A stretch of 61,297 nt of DNA from a virus (taxonomy: Duplodnaviria; Caudoviricetes): positions 1 to 61,297 of the IMG/VR virus record IMGVR_UViG_3300037465_000218; one strand, written 5' to 3'. Every line of letters begins with the position of its first letter. The stretch's first letter is position 1. The position numbers and the translations under genes are program-made. The notes below the pieces were generated by a model that was given only the letters and a program-made list of their open reading frames with translations, did no database searches and was not told the DNA's origin. Below, one piece after another: positions 24,962 to 34,701 of the stretch.

Positions 24962-25171
24962 ATGACAGAGCGAGAAGTAGTGATTTTTGTTGAAGACCGA
25001 GCGCGCGAGGATACCAAAACCGTCTTTACAGATGGGAACTGGGATACCATCGATTTTCGGACCCTAGACGACTGCTACCAAAAAGGCTTTCTCATGTGGG
25101 CAGGCGACAAATTGGTTGTGAGTGATCTAGGGAGACGTTCCTTTGGAGTACATAATGAACGACATCACTAA
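24962..25171 (+). CDS. Hypothetical protein
   Basis: 69 aa, operon packing. Confidence 0.6.
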   Translation: MTEREVVIFVEDRAREDTKTVFTDGNWDTIDFRTLDDCYQKGFLMWAGDKLVVSDLGRRSFGVHNERHH

Positions 25172-25460
25172 AGCCCGGCACTACCTGAAGAGTCGCGGTT
25201 CCAAGCTTCAAAGCCTTCCCAGCTTTCCCTCTATGCTTTCCTCCGCCGAACAAGAGTATCGCAATCTGAAACTGCGTGCGGTGGGTAACAAGGAGGGTAT
25301 TTCTTTTGAGGAAAAAGAGGTAGAGGCCGCATTGGACTACGCCGTTCTACGGTACCTCAAGCGACATAACCAGCTACCTCCTAACATCAAAGCCGCATTT
25401 GACCCGGGCAATACCCTGGAGCTAAAGCGGGAACTGGCAATGGCATGGATGAACGCGTAG
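25155..25460 (+). CDS. Hypothetical protein
   Basis: GGAG RBS before ATG 25155. Confidence 0.7.
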   Translation: MNDITKARHYLKSRGSKLQSLPSFPSMLSSAEQEYRNLKLRAVGNKEGISFEEKEVEAALDYAVLRYLKRHNQLPPNIKAAFDPGNTLELKRELAMAWMNA

Positions 25461-25678
25461 CAGAAACTACCTTGCAGTGGCTGGATAACGACAAGTTGTC
25501 CTTCCTTTGGAACAATGAATTGGTGCTAGTACACTATGATCGAGAGTACCACTTCTATAGGATTCTCACGGATCATGATGAGGAGACCCTAACTGCCATC
25601 AACAATTGGTTGCATGGCCTAAAGCAAAGGATCGAGAATGAGAACCAGAGTTCACCCGATCAAACGGATCGGAATTGA
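25445..25678 (+). CDS. Hypothetical protein
   Basis: 77 aa, overlapping neighbours. Confidence 0.6.
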   Translation: MDERVAETTLQWLDNDKLSFLWNNELVLVHYDREYHFYRILTDHDEETLTAINNWLHGLKQRIENENQSSPDQTDRN

Positions 25679-26261
25679 TCTGGACAACACTGTGGCTGAT
25701 TACATGAGCGGAGCTATTCCGCTGATGAAGGAGCATTACAATCTGGTTCCTGACTTTACTCGTCAAGCAACCACGATTGAAGAGGTCTTCGGTCTGACTA
25801 AAGACACCCGACCTCCGAACATGCGCCAACATCTCTATGAGGAGCTGCACCTTTTCCGCACTCTTCCCAAAGTCGAGCCTGATGTAGAAAACCTTACCAG
25901 GAATCTCTACGCCAAGCCTTGGCACAAGATCTATTTCATCACAGCCAGGACCGCATCGAGCACAATTGTTGAGGATACGATCTTCTGGCTACATAGTAAT
26001 GGGTTCGTTTTTGACGATATCTTCTTCGTAGATAACAAGGCAGAGCTTTGTCGCATGATGAAGGTTGATGTCATGATCGAGGACGAGGTAGGGCAGCTAC
26101 TAAATCTTCGCAGGACCGGTATAGATTGTGTCGTACCAAATAGGCCCTGGAACCAACATCTACCCAACGACCCACATCACATGGAGAGGGAACAGGGTAG
26201 GTTAGCCCGCGTGAACAATTGGCGTGAGGCTCTAACTGCCATTGAGGAGTTTTTAGCATGA
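25638..26261 (+). CDS. HAD-family 5'(3')-deoxyribonucleotidase (NT5C-like)
   Basis: IGIDLDNT, FITAR, K..., MIED, PWN. Confidence 0.88.
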   Translation: MRTRVHPIKRIGIDLDNTVADYMSGAIPLMKEHYNLVPDFTRQATTIEEVFGLTKDTRPPNMRQHLYEELHLFRTLPKVEPDVENLTRNLYAKPWHKIYFITARTASSTIVEDTIFWLHSNGFVFDDIFFVDNKAELCRMMKVDVMIEDEVGQLLNLRRTGIDCVVPNRPWNQHLPNDPHHMEREQGRLARVNNWREALTAIEEFLA

Positions 26262-26800
26262 AGTTTTACCTAAGTGGGGGAATGGAATACAAGAAGAACC
26301 TCGGTACTGTATGGCGAGATTGGCTAACCGAGCAGCTTCAGTTGCTGCATCACGATGCCATCAATCCTGTGAAGTTAGAAATGGCCGAAGAGGAAGACGA
26401 GGACAATACTAGTCGACAACCTATTCAGGCCCGACTGACAGAACTGAAGATGGAAGGAAAGCTGAACGAAGTACGAAAGCTTGTTCGGAAGACCCTGTTC
26501 CGCAAAGACATGTTTGCCATCCAGTTGGCAGACGCTATCGTAGTTTTCTACGACGAGTCTGTCCAAAAAGGTGCTGGAACTTTGTCTGAAGCCTGGGAAG
26601 CTTTCCGTGAGGGAAGGCCAGTCTATCTGGTCACTGAATTCCCCATGGAGAAAGTTCCGACCTGGCTAATCGGAGAGACTACTGCCATCTTCAAGGATTT
26701 CGAAGGCTTCTTGGACTATGTGAAGGATCACAGCCACGTCATTCGTGATCAGATGCATGCCAAGCAGGTTCGAGATGAGGTACTCGGCGGTCTCTATTAA
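26258..26800 (+). CDS. Nucleoside 2-deoxyribosyltransferase-like protein
   Basis: FYLSGGM...WR...INP...D...I..AD...GT.SE. Confidence 0.8.
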   Translation: MKFYLSGGMEYKKNLGTVWRDWLTEQLQLLHHDAINPVKLEMAEEEDEDNTSRQPIQARLTELKMEGKLNEVRKLVRKTLFRKDMFAIQLADAIVVFYDESVQKGAGTLSEAWEAFREGRPVYLVTEFPMEKVPTWLIGETTAIFKDFEGFLDYVKDHSHVIRDQMHAKQVRDEVLGGLY

Positions 26801-26814
26801 GGAGGTATCCCGCC

Positions 26815-27324
26815 GTGGATCCAGCAGAAGTAGAATCAATTGAACAAACACTGGAGGTTCTGGGTAACGCTGGCGCGGTACCCGTTGTAATCTTCCTCAC
26901 CCAGCTAATCAAAAAGCGTGTCGGCGATTTCAAGTATGGTTCAGACCTACTTGCGCTAGGCATTTCTTTTGTTTTGTGCTTTGGCTGGACATTCTACAAC
27001 ATGTCGGCGGATGGATATTTCGTCTGGCAGCAGATGAACGGCCTAGAGACCTTTAGGTGGGCCATCGACCAGCTGATTGTAGGTTTTGCCACCTGGCTAG
27101 CCGCCAGCAAGATTTACGACCTCGGACACGGAAACAAGAAGCGCACCAATAAGGTGGCGGCTCTTGAAGAAGAGATTGTAAAACTACGGAATGGGCATTT
27201 CAATGAGGGGGAAGAGGCCGACGACGAGTCCTCTTCCCACGATGCTGGAGAAGGCGATGGGCAAGATAAGGAAGATTCTGCAGTCTCTGATAAGTTGCGT
27301 GACATTTTGGAAGGGAAGGACTAA
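26815..27324 (+). CDS. Holin-like membrane protein
   Basis: Three hydrophobic segments, TQLIKK and LAASKIYD patterns, charged tail. Confidence 0.55.
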   Translation: MDPAEVESIEQTLEVLGNAGAVPVVIFLTQLIKKRVGDFKYGSDLLALGISFVLCFGWTFYNMSADGYFVWQQMNGLETFRWAIDQLIVGFATWLAASKIYDLGHGNKKRTNKVAALEEEIVKLRNGHFNEGEEADDESSSHDAGEGDGQDKEDSAVSDKLRDILEGKD

Positions 27325-27328
27325 AGAA

Positions 27329-27790
27329 GTGCCTGGAGTAGCAGACCAAATCAGTAAAACCAAGAAGAAGCAAGATCAGAAGGCTAGACAAGCGGATATG
27401 CAAGAACTTCTACGCATGGTGCAGGAAGGCCGGCTTCACGAAGCAGACGAGCGGCAGTTAGAATCCTTGAAATTAGCTTTGGAAATCAATACCCTTCTAG
27501 GAGAACGCTCGGCGGCCCCGGCCGTGGATTCAGCCCAATTGGCAGAAGCAGTCAAGCAGGCTATTGCCGAAGGCATGGCTAACGTAACCGTCAAGGCTGT
27601 AGGTGGTGCAGCCGACCCTGCCCTGGATCCCTCTCGTCCCCAAATGAAGCACGTGTCACTTGTGGACCTAGTGCAAGACGATACCAAAGTAGACATCTCT
27701 CATAGTGAGGGTATTAGTAAAGACGTTGCTGGGGAGAAAGACTCTACTGATAAGTTGGAGCAATTGAGGAAGCTCAAGGGCGGCAAGTAA
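27329..27790 (+). CDS. Hypothetical protein
   Basis: AAGGA RBS before GTG 27329. Confidence 0.7.
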   Translation: MPGVADQISKTKKKQDQKARQADMQELLRMVQEGRLHEADERQLESLKLALEINTLLGERSAAPAVDSAQLAEAVKQAIAEGMANVTVKAVGGAADPALDPSRPQMKHVSLVDLVQDDTKVDISHSEGISKDVAGEKDSTDKLEQLRKLKGGK

Positions 27791-28557
27791 TGTCCCCTAC
27801 CAACACTAGTTCCATCCGTTTTGATGGGATCTCTGGTAAGATGTCCATTACGGATTACAAAGGTGTTGTGTCTAGCAGCCCGAGAAGTATTGCTTTTTGG
27901 CTAAAGACACTATCCTCGGGCGTTCCAACCGAGGGTACAATTTGTTACTGGGGCAATAACCTCGATGCTGGTCTTCTTCAAACCGGAACCACTACCAAGA
28001 TTTCCCTAGTGTCGGGAGGAGGAGACGATACACATGTGGCCTTATACGGATTAGGTTCGTATCGAGAATCCGAGCACAATGTCGGAGATGGCAAATGGCA
28101 CCATGTTTGCTTCACTTGGCCCGGTGGACAAAGGACCTATACCGCAGCTACTTGTTACATCGATGGGGTTGTCAGCAGTGGAACATCAGTAAAAACACCT
28201 GGAGCAAACAACATCAACACCCCCGAGGGCCCCGATGTAACTTTGGGGTGCGAGCCCTCTGTGCTCTTTGGAGATCGAGAATTTTTTGGCGGATACCTAG
28301 ACGACTTCTGCATCTTCAATAGCGATATCGGTTTGGCCGGGGTCTCCCAATTAGTAGCCAGCGGCCACGGTAATGTTGATATCGCTGCCAGCGGTATTTT
28401 TGCCTCCAATTTGGTGGTATGGTACAGAATGGGAGATGTTAGTGGTGATGCTGCGGGGGATGGTGGCATCATACATGATGCGTCTGTAAACAATCGACAT
28501 GCGGTAACGTCGGCGGGAACTACCCTTGTCGCAGATCCCGGACCAGAGGTGTACTAA
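27790..28557 (+). CDS. LamG/concanavalin-like virion protein
   Basis: SIRFDG, SIAFWLK, DGKWHHVCFTW, YIDG, F.GYLDD..IFN, LVVWYRMG. Confidence 0.85.
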   Translation: MSPTNTSSIRFDGISGKMSITDYKGVVSSSPRSIAFWLKTLSSGVPTEGTICYWGNNLDAGLLQTGTTTKISLVSGGGDDTHVALYGLGSYRESEHNVGDGKWHHVCFTWPGGQRTYTAATCYIDGVVSSGTSVKTPGANNINTPEGPDVTLGCEPSVLFGDREFFGGYLDDFCIFNSDIGLAGVSQLVASGHGNVDIAASGIFASNLVVWYRMGDVSGDAAGDGGIIHDASVNNRHAVTSAGTTLVADPGPEVY

Positions 28558-29849
28558 TGGTCGATCAGGAAAAACTCCACGAGTTGACCAAAGAGGGAGT
28601 TGTCACTACCGAAGATGGTATCAGAGTAATTGATGCATCCCGGCTGGACGGGCCTCAACGGCTACGTGCAGCACCAGAAAAACGAAAACCACGAAAGGTT
28701 GCCCCACCGCCGCCTGCTCCGGAACCCGAGCCGGTGGAAGAAGTTGTAGAGGGGCCCAAGGTATTACTGCCTCCTGACATGCAAAAGCGGGAGTCATTGA
28801 ACGCTCAGTTCAAGAAGGAGTTTATCATGAACGAAGAACAAGTACCGAAGGGAGTAGGTTTGGACGTAGGCACCTCCTTTTTGGTCTCTGGACGATTCAA
28901 TCCAAACGGAAGTGTGGATTACCGTAAGGTGCGGGATTGTTTCCTTTACATCCCCTTTAAGAGCCCTATCAATCAGCGTATGATTCAGAAGGGACTAGAT
29001 GATCGACAGGCCCCTTACATCTCTCAACCAGATGGCTTCTATGTTCTGGGCGAAGATGCTTTTACTATGGCCAATGAGCGACACCAGGAAACCCGGCGAC
29101 CTATGAATCGGGGGGTTCTTTCTCCCAAGGAAAAGGCCGCGTTTCCGATTCTAAAGTCGTTGATTGACCTTGTGGTTGGCCCGCCCAAGTTCCAAGGTGA
29201 GCGTTTGGTTTTTTCAGTGCCCGCTAAGCCAATTGATGCCCAGTTCGATCAGGTGTTCCATCAGGACATGCTGCGCTCCTTTATCGCCAGCAAGGGCTAC
29301 GAGGCTGTTGCGATGAATGAGGCCGAGGCCCTAGCCTACTCCGAACTCTTGAATGAGGGTTTGACCGGCATCGCTATCTCCTGTGGTGCAGGTATGATGA
29401 ACGTGGTAGTAATGTCCTCAGGCGATCCGGTAGTGGCCTTCAGTACCAGTCGTTCCGGAGATTGGATTGACGAACAGGCCGCTATTGCCACGGACATGAC
29501 CCGGGCACTTGTTCAGCAAGAGAAAGAGTCTGCTGAACTAAACCTGATGTCTCCAGATCCGCACAATCAGATTCACCAGGCTATTGCGGTCTACTACGGA
29601 AACCTGATTGTTTACACGTTGGAGAACATTGCCCACGACCTCGCCCGCTCCCCAGCGCTTCCCAAGTTCAAGAATCCGATTCCTTTGGTGGTGGGCGGCG
29701 GTACTTCCCTCCCCCGCGGCTTCCTGGATAAGTTCAAGCAGGCCCTGGGTGCGGTAGACATGCCCGTTGAGATTAGTGAAGTACGACACGCAGCAGATCC
29801 GCTCCACGCGGTGGCACACGGGTTGGTTTTGGCCGCCAGTATGGATTAA
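28557..29849 (+). CDS. Actin-fold ATPase (MreB/FtsA/Hsp70 superfamily) with Pro-rich N-terminal extension
   Basis: GLDVGTS (phosphate 1), FSVPA, NEAEA, SCGAG (phosphate 2), GDWID, VGGGTS (adenosine), PLHAVAHG. Confidence 0.85.
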   Translation: MVDQEKLHELTKEGVVTTEDGIRVIDASRLDGPQRLRAAPEKRKPRKVAPPPPAPEPEPVEEVVEGPKVLLPPDMQKRESLNAQFKKEFIMNEEQVPKGVGLDVGTSFLVSGRFNPNGSVDYRKVRDCFLYIPFKSPINQRMIQKGLDDRQAPYISQPDGFYVLGEDAFTMANERHQETRRPMNRGVLSPKEKAAFPILKSLIDLVVGPPKFQGERLVFSVPAKPIDAQFDQVFHQDMLRSFIASKGYEAVAMNEAEALAYSELLNEGLTGIAISCGAGMMNVVVMSSGDPVVAFSTSRSGDWIDEQAAIATDMTRALVQQEKESAELNLMSPDPHNQIHQAIAVYYGNLIVYTLENIAHDLARSPALPKFKNPIPLVVGGGTSLPRGFLDKFKQALGAVDMPVEISEVRHAADPLHAVAHGLVLAASMD

Positions 29850-29887
29850 CTATGATCATTTATTTGGTAGACGTATAGGATCGAGTA

Positions 29888-30886
29888 ATGCCTACTCTAA
29901 CTCCAAAACTCGGACTCAAGAAACCAGTAGTAAACGTAGAAACCGATTGGGGGTATAGGCTAAACGAGACGATTGATATTTTGGATGGCGCTGCCCTAAC
30001 CGCCAACATCACAGGCCTGGGATCTGTCACTTACACGGATTTCGGAGGCGGCACTGTAACCATCAGCGGGCAGCTTTTAGTAGGAAAAGGCGCAATTACG
30101 CTGATACCCGAAGGCTCTGCCCTTGTTATCAGCGGTACGGGTGGAACTCACGGGGCGCTTCCAGGACTGGAAAACGATGATCATCCGCAGTATGCACATC
30201 TGGCTCAGAATGAGACAATCTCTGGAACCTGGAACTTTGTAGGGTATCCCACCATCTCTGGGCAGCCGGTGGCAACCGGAACTGGTACGATTATCCACGA
30301 CATGCTTCAGGGACTTTTGGACGATGACCATCCTCAGTACGTACTGGTGGATGGTACTAGGGCAATTACTGGCGATCTCGTAGTTATTAGTGGGGTTTCG
30401 GCGGCCTCCGGAACGATCACTGAAGTTCTCACAGCGGCATCTGGATCTATTCAGCTCACGCATGATGGAATTACTGTTTCTGGAGTCAGGGTGGCCACCC
30501 TTGCTGATGCGGTAATCAGCGGCAGTGGTTACAGCGCCTACCGAACTATCAACACCGCGGTCGGGTCAGGAACCGAAAGCATTCTTAACAGTGATTTCTT
30601 GATAGTGGTAAGTGGGTTAGCGACCAACTACGAATTGGTTTTACCTTCTGCTAACTCCGTTCTGGGCCGATCTTTCCGTGTACAACTTCCTTTCCACGGG
30701 GCGTTGTATCCTAACCTCAATACTCTCAACATAGAAACGCAGTCAGGGGAAAAAAAGGATGGTAAAATTGCCTCAGCTGCGGATGTGGTTGGGTACCAGT
30801 TAGGTACAGGAGGTCAGCGGGGAACTACTTTTATGGCCGTTGGCGGGGATTATGATTGGATAGCACTCAAAGACTCGGATACCTAA
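29888..30886 (+). CDS. Tail-fibre-like virion protein with HxxLxGLxxDDHPQY repeats
   Basis: Two DDHPQY repeats, TP.LGL.KP N-terminus, Ser-Gly rich. Confidence 0.75.
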   Translation: MPTLTPKLGLKKPVVNVETDWGYRLNETIDILDGAALTANITGLGSVTYTDFGGGTVTISGQLLVGKGAITLIPEGSALVISGTGGTHGALPGLENDDHPQYAHLAQNETISGTWNFVGYPTISGQPVATGTGTIIHDMLQGLLDDDHPQYVLVDGTRAITGDLVVISGVSAASGTITEVLTAASGSIQLTHDGITVSGVRVATLADAVISGSGYSAYRTINTAVGSGTESILNSDFLIVVSGLATNYELVLPSANSVLGRSFRVQLPFHGALYPNLNTLNIETQSGEKKDGKIASAADVVGYQLGTGGQRGTTFMAVGGDYDWIALKDSDT

Positions 30887-30887
30887 A

Positions 30888-31694
30888 ATGGTTACGCTGA
30901 GCGTCTATAACGAGGGCGTCTACAACGACGGTATTTACAACCTCGCTGTATCGGGTACTTCGGCCTCTATTGAATTGGATGGTAAGAACCAATATCTGGG
31001 GACTTACGAACCGGCGTCCTTGGGTATTGCTAACACCTGGACTTTAGGGTTCTGGGCCAAGCCGCTTTCCAATCCCGAACACACCGCAATCTTTTCTACT
31101 GCCAGCCATCGTCGCACTAATGAGATCGATGTCTTTACGACTCCGATCGCCAGAGAATCACAACTACACGGAAAACGACCGGCGTCGCTACGTGTGATGA
31201 TCAAAGATGCTTCAGGAACCACTCTCAAACATTTTGGCTGGGGAGATTTCTTCCGAACTGACGAATGGACGCATGCTTTCATTCAATGGGATGGCACCTC
31301 ACTTACCGCGTACAAAGATGGGGTACTCACAACCACCGGTGTAGTATTAACCAACGTTACTGGTACGATGACAGATGAGTCTCGTCAGATCTTTATGGGA
31401 TCAGCTGTCGCTGGCGTTACAGCCACCTTCAGTGGTATTCTTGGGCACTTTGCCGTATGGGATTCTATTTTGTCGCCGGCCGAAATGCCAATTGTTGTAA
31501 GTGGGGGGTTCGACATGGACTTGACCACCACATCAGGGGCTTATGTTTCTACCGGCAGCCTAAAGCACTATTGGCGACCTGGATTGGATGACACCAACAT
31601 CGGCAAGGATTATGCGGTCAGCGGAACCAACCCGATTGATTTGACCAAAGAACACAATATTACGGAGGAGAATGTATCTGAGGAGGCCCCGTAA
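30888..31694 (+). CDS. LamG/concanavalin-like virion protein
   Basis: Paralogue of 14041-14859 (GIANTWT, WDG, HYWR.G.D..IGKDYA). Confidence 0.78.
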   Translation: MVTLSVYNEGVYNDGIYNLAVSGTSASIELDGKNQYLGTYEPASLGIANTWTLGFWAKPLSNPEHTAIFSTASHRRTNEIDVFTTPIARESQLHGKRPASLRVMIKDASGTTLKHFGWGDFFRTDEWTHAFIQWDGTSLTAYKDGVLTTTGVVLTNVTGTMTDESRQIFMGSAVAGVTATFSGILGHFAVWDSILSPAEMPIVVSGGFDMDLTTTSGAYVSTGSLKHYWRPGLDDTNIGKDYAVSGTNPIDLTKEHNITEENVSEEAP

Positions 31695-32386
31695 TGCCCA
31701 GCAGTCTAATCACCGTAGCTACGGGAATTCAGGCCGTCAACAAGACGTCGCTGTCCTGGGAAATGGTTTCTGTTGGGCCGCACACTGCAGATAGCACACT
31801 GGTAGTGATCGTCGGCGGCGTAGATTCCCAGAAGTCAATTCCTGTGGTGGCGACTATTTCAGGTTCGGCTAAGTCTCCCTTTGCCGCTGTTCCTTTGACT
31901 ACAGCCACCAGTTTTACTGGCCCCGGTGGGCATAGTTTCCCTTGCGTGTGGATGATGACAGGTTATTCGCCAATCCCAATTGCTGGGGTTGTAACGGGTA
32001 CCATCTACGTCGAGTTCAATGAAGTAGTCAGCCGAATGTGTGGTATGTCCGCCATCATTAGTGGGACCAGTGGCGCTTATGATGGTCCAGCTAATGGGCT
32101 GGTCCAGCATACCCAACTACCGGATTTCTTTCTTTCCAACACGCACACGACTACAGGAACCAACTCGGTACTGGTGGATGTATGCATGTCGGAAGCCAGC
32201 AACCACCAAACCCATACTTTGGGAGCGGGCCAAATCGACATTGGCAGCATCTTCTTTACGGGGCCCAAGTATTCGGTCTCTTACAAACAAGCCCCCATCC
32301 CTGGCACCGGCACTATGAGCCGAGGAGATGTGGGTGGGCCATTTGCGGGGGTATCCCTCGTCATCCTAGGACTACAGGGGCGGTAA
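31694..32386 (+). CDS. Ser/Thr/Gly-rich putative virion protein
   Basis: Paralogue of 14856-15581. Confidence 0.7.
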   Translation: MPSSLITVATGIQAVNKTSLSWEMVSVGPHTADSTLVVIVGGVDSQKSIPVVATISGSAKSPFAAVPLTTATSFTGPGGHSFPCVWMMTGYSPIPIAGVVTGTIYVEFNEVVSRMCGMSAIISGTSGAYDGPANGLVQHTQLPDFFLSNTHTTTGTNSVLVDVCMSEASNHQTHTLGAGQIDIGSIFFTGPKYSVSYKQAPIPGTGTMSRGDVGGPFAGVSLVILGLQGR

Positions 32387-32730
32387 TGTACCACAAAGAA
32401 GACACTCGGCCTTGGGGTAAATTTGAGCAGTTCACTTGGAACGAAAAGACCACCGTCAAGATCATCACGGTCAATCCCGGGCAACAGCTTTCCATTCAAA
32501 GACATCAAAAGCGGTCCGAGTTCTGGGTCGCCCTGGACGACGGACTCATCACTTACTTGGAAGGTGAGTGGAGAGTTCTCCACAAGGGTGGTACTTTTCA
32601 CATCGCCGCTAACAAAATTCACTCCATTCGGAATGAATACAAGACGCCGGCGCGATTCTTAGAAATCGCCTTTGGTCATTTTGACGAAGACGATATTGAA
32701 CGCCTGGAAGACAAATACGGGAGAAGCTAA
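32386..32730 (+). CDS. Mannose-6-phosphate isomerase type II-like cupin
   Basis: RPWG.F...VK.I.V.PG..LS.Q.H..RSE.W...H...LEI..G...EDDI.RLED.YGR. Confidence 0.88.
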   Translation: MYHKEDTRPWGKFEQFTWNEKTTVKIITVNPGQQLSIQRHQKRSEFWVALDDGLITYLEGEWRVLHKGGTFHIAANKIHSIRNEYKTPARFLEIAFGHFDEDDIERLEDKYGRS

Positions 32731-32731
32731 A

Positions 32732-32959
32732 ATGGTAAAAGTATTCAAGCCTACCGGGAAAGATGCCGTTTCTAACCGCAAGATTTCCCAAACCGCGGAT
32801 GATCGAAAACAACAGCTCAAGGAGTTCCGCGAGGACAAAGAGCACAAGCAGAAGTTGAAGGAAGAGAGGTTTGCCAAGATTGCCGAAAAGAGAAAGCGTC
32901 GGCCCCCTACAGGTGGTGGTGGCGGTGGAATTAACGTGAAGGTCGGTGGAGAAGAGTAG
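32732..32959 (+). CDS. Small basic hypothetical protein
   Basis: Lys/Arg-rich, GGAG RBS. Confidence 0.6.
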   Translation: MVKVFKPTGKDAVSNRKISQTADDRKQQLKEFREDKEHKQKLKEERFAKIAEKRKRRPPTGGGGGGINVKVGGEE

Positions 32960-32991
32960 AAGTTTGTCTTATGATTCATTAGGAGGTTTCC

Positions 32992-33660
32992 ATGGCCAAC
33001 TACCCCATCCAGGATGTCGTCGGCGACGTACATCAACACAACCTAGATTTAGAGGCCAACCAGATCTACTTGGTCGGTACAGAAGAATACATCAGCCATG
33101 AAAAGGACGCCGAACCCGGTGTGGAGTTCTCAATGGCTAATCGCTTCATCAAGAACCTAAACCTTATTGCCAATAGAAGTATAGAGCCAATTTTGATTCA
33201 CATGAAGACGTGTGGGGGGTACTGGGAAGAAGGTATGGCCATTTACGATGCTATCATGGCTTGTCCCAACAAGGTAACCATTCTCAACTACACACACGCC
33301 CGTTCGATGTCGTCCATCATTTTCCAGGCGGCGGATAAAAGAGTAATGATGCCCCACAGCACCTTCATGTTTCACGAAGGTACCATGGAGTACTCTGGTA
33401 CGGCCAAGAACTTTCGCACAGCCCACGAGCAGGAGCTAAAGTTCCTGGAGGCTATGCTCGACATCTATGTTGATTCTATGAAGGCCAAAGGAAAGATGCG
33501 CAAACAGCCGCGTCCAGCTATTCGGGCCTGGCTCATAGAGCAAATGGATAAGAAGGAAGACGTTTTCCTGTCCGCACAGGAAGCCGTAGAGTACGGTTTC
33601 GCTGACGAGGTCTTCGGTAAAGACGGGAAGTACAACTGGAAGAAACTCACGGAGTATTAG
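32992..33660 (+). CDS. clpP: ClpP-family serine protease
   Basis: T.GG...G.AIYD, ARSMSS (Ser), MFHEG (His), EDVFLSAQEAVEYGFAD (Asp). Confidence 0.9.
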   Translation: MANYPIQDVVGDVHQHNLDLEANQIYLVGTEEYISHEKDAEPGVEFSMANRFIKNLNLIANRSIEPILIHMKTCGGYWEEGMAIYDAIMACPNKVTILNYTHARSMSSIIFQAADKRVMMPHSTFMFHEGTMEYSGTAKNFRTAHEQELKFLEAMLDIYVDSMKAKGKMRKQPRPAIRAWLIEQMDKKEDVFLSAQEAVEYGFADEVFGKDGKYNWKKLTEY

Positions 33661-33663
33661 TCG

Positions 33664-34701
33664 ATGCGAGAAGCCCTGACTTTTGATGATGTAGCATTAG
33701 TGCCCCGCTACAACAACGTAAGCAGCCGAACGGAACCGAACCTGAGCACGTGGTTGACGCGCAACCTCAAGGTTGGTATGCCTTTGGTTCCTGCCAACAT
33801 GGATACAGTAATTGGTACTGAGCTGGCCCGCATTCTTGTGGCTAATGGTGGCATTCCTATCTTTCATCGCTTCACAGATCTGGGGACCCAGAAGAAGTGG
33901 GTCGAAGAATTCCAGGGAAAGGTGGTCTTGTCTTGTGGGGTTGGTAAGTTTGATGAAATCTCTAGTCTGGTTGATTTTGGGCCTGTCGGTTTGTGCATTG
34001 ATGTCGCTCACGGACATTCGGACCGCATGGTCGACTTGGTCAAACGAATCAAAGATACTTATCCGACTCTGGAAGTCATCGCAGGGAACATTTGCACGGC
34101 ACGTGCATATCATGATCTTGCTAACGCAGGTGCGGATGCTGTTAAGGTGGGTATCGGTCCGGGAGCGGCTTGCACTACAAGAATCGTTACGGGATTCGGA
34201 GTACCACAATTCACGGCAATACGCGACTGCGCGGATGAGGCTGCGCACTTTAGAGTTCCGATTATTGCAGACGGCGGAATCCGAAACAGCGCCGATGTGG
34301 TCAAAGCATTGGCGGCAGGAGCCTCTACTGTAATGATGGGTAAGATCTTTGCCCTCACCGTGGAAAGCGCCGCTGAAAAAGAACCGGAGCTTCATTATAG
34401 CAAGGCTTTCGAGACAACCCGGGAAACAGGCCGAGTAATGGCCAAGTATCGAGGCCAAGCAAGTGAAGATTTCCAGAACGATTTCTATGGCGGGCTAAAA
34501 GACAAAACGGTAGCCGAGGGTACTGATTTCTGGGCCCCGATCATAGGCAATGCCCAAAGTGTAATCGATCAATTCCTAGGTGGGTTGCGTAGCGGCATGA
34601 CCTATGCCGGTGCGCGGGACATCAAGGAACTACAAAGAAAGGCCGAGTTCGTCAAAGTAACTGGGTCTTATTCCGCTGAGAGCAATCCCAGGAGAGACTA
34701 A
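33664..34701 (+). CDS. IMP dehydrogenase/GMP reductase family protein (no CBS domain)
   Basis: [50 protein letters not shown]. Confidence 0.92.
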   Translation: MREALTFDDVALVPRYNNVSSRTEPNLSTWLTRNLKVGMPLVPANMDTVIGTELARILVANGGIPIFHRFTDLGTQKKWVEEFQGKVVLSCGVGKFDEISSLVDFGPVGLCIDVAHGHSDRMVDLVKRIKDTYPTLEVIAGNICTARAYHDLANAGADAVKVGIGPGAACTTRIVTGFGVPQFTAIRDCADEAAHFRVPIIADGGIRNSADVVKALAAGASTVMMGKIFALTVESAAEKEPELHYSKAFETTRETGRVMAKYRGQASEDFQNDFYGGLKDKTVAEGTDFWAPIIGNAQSVIDQFLGGLRSGMTYAGARDIKELQRKAEFVKVTGSYSAESNPRRD

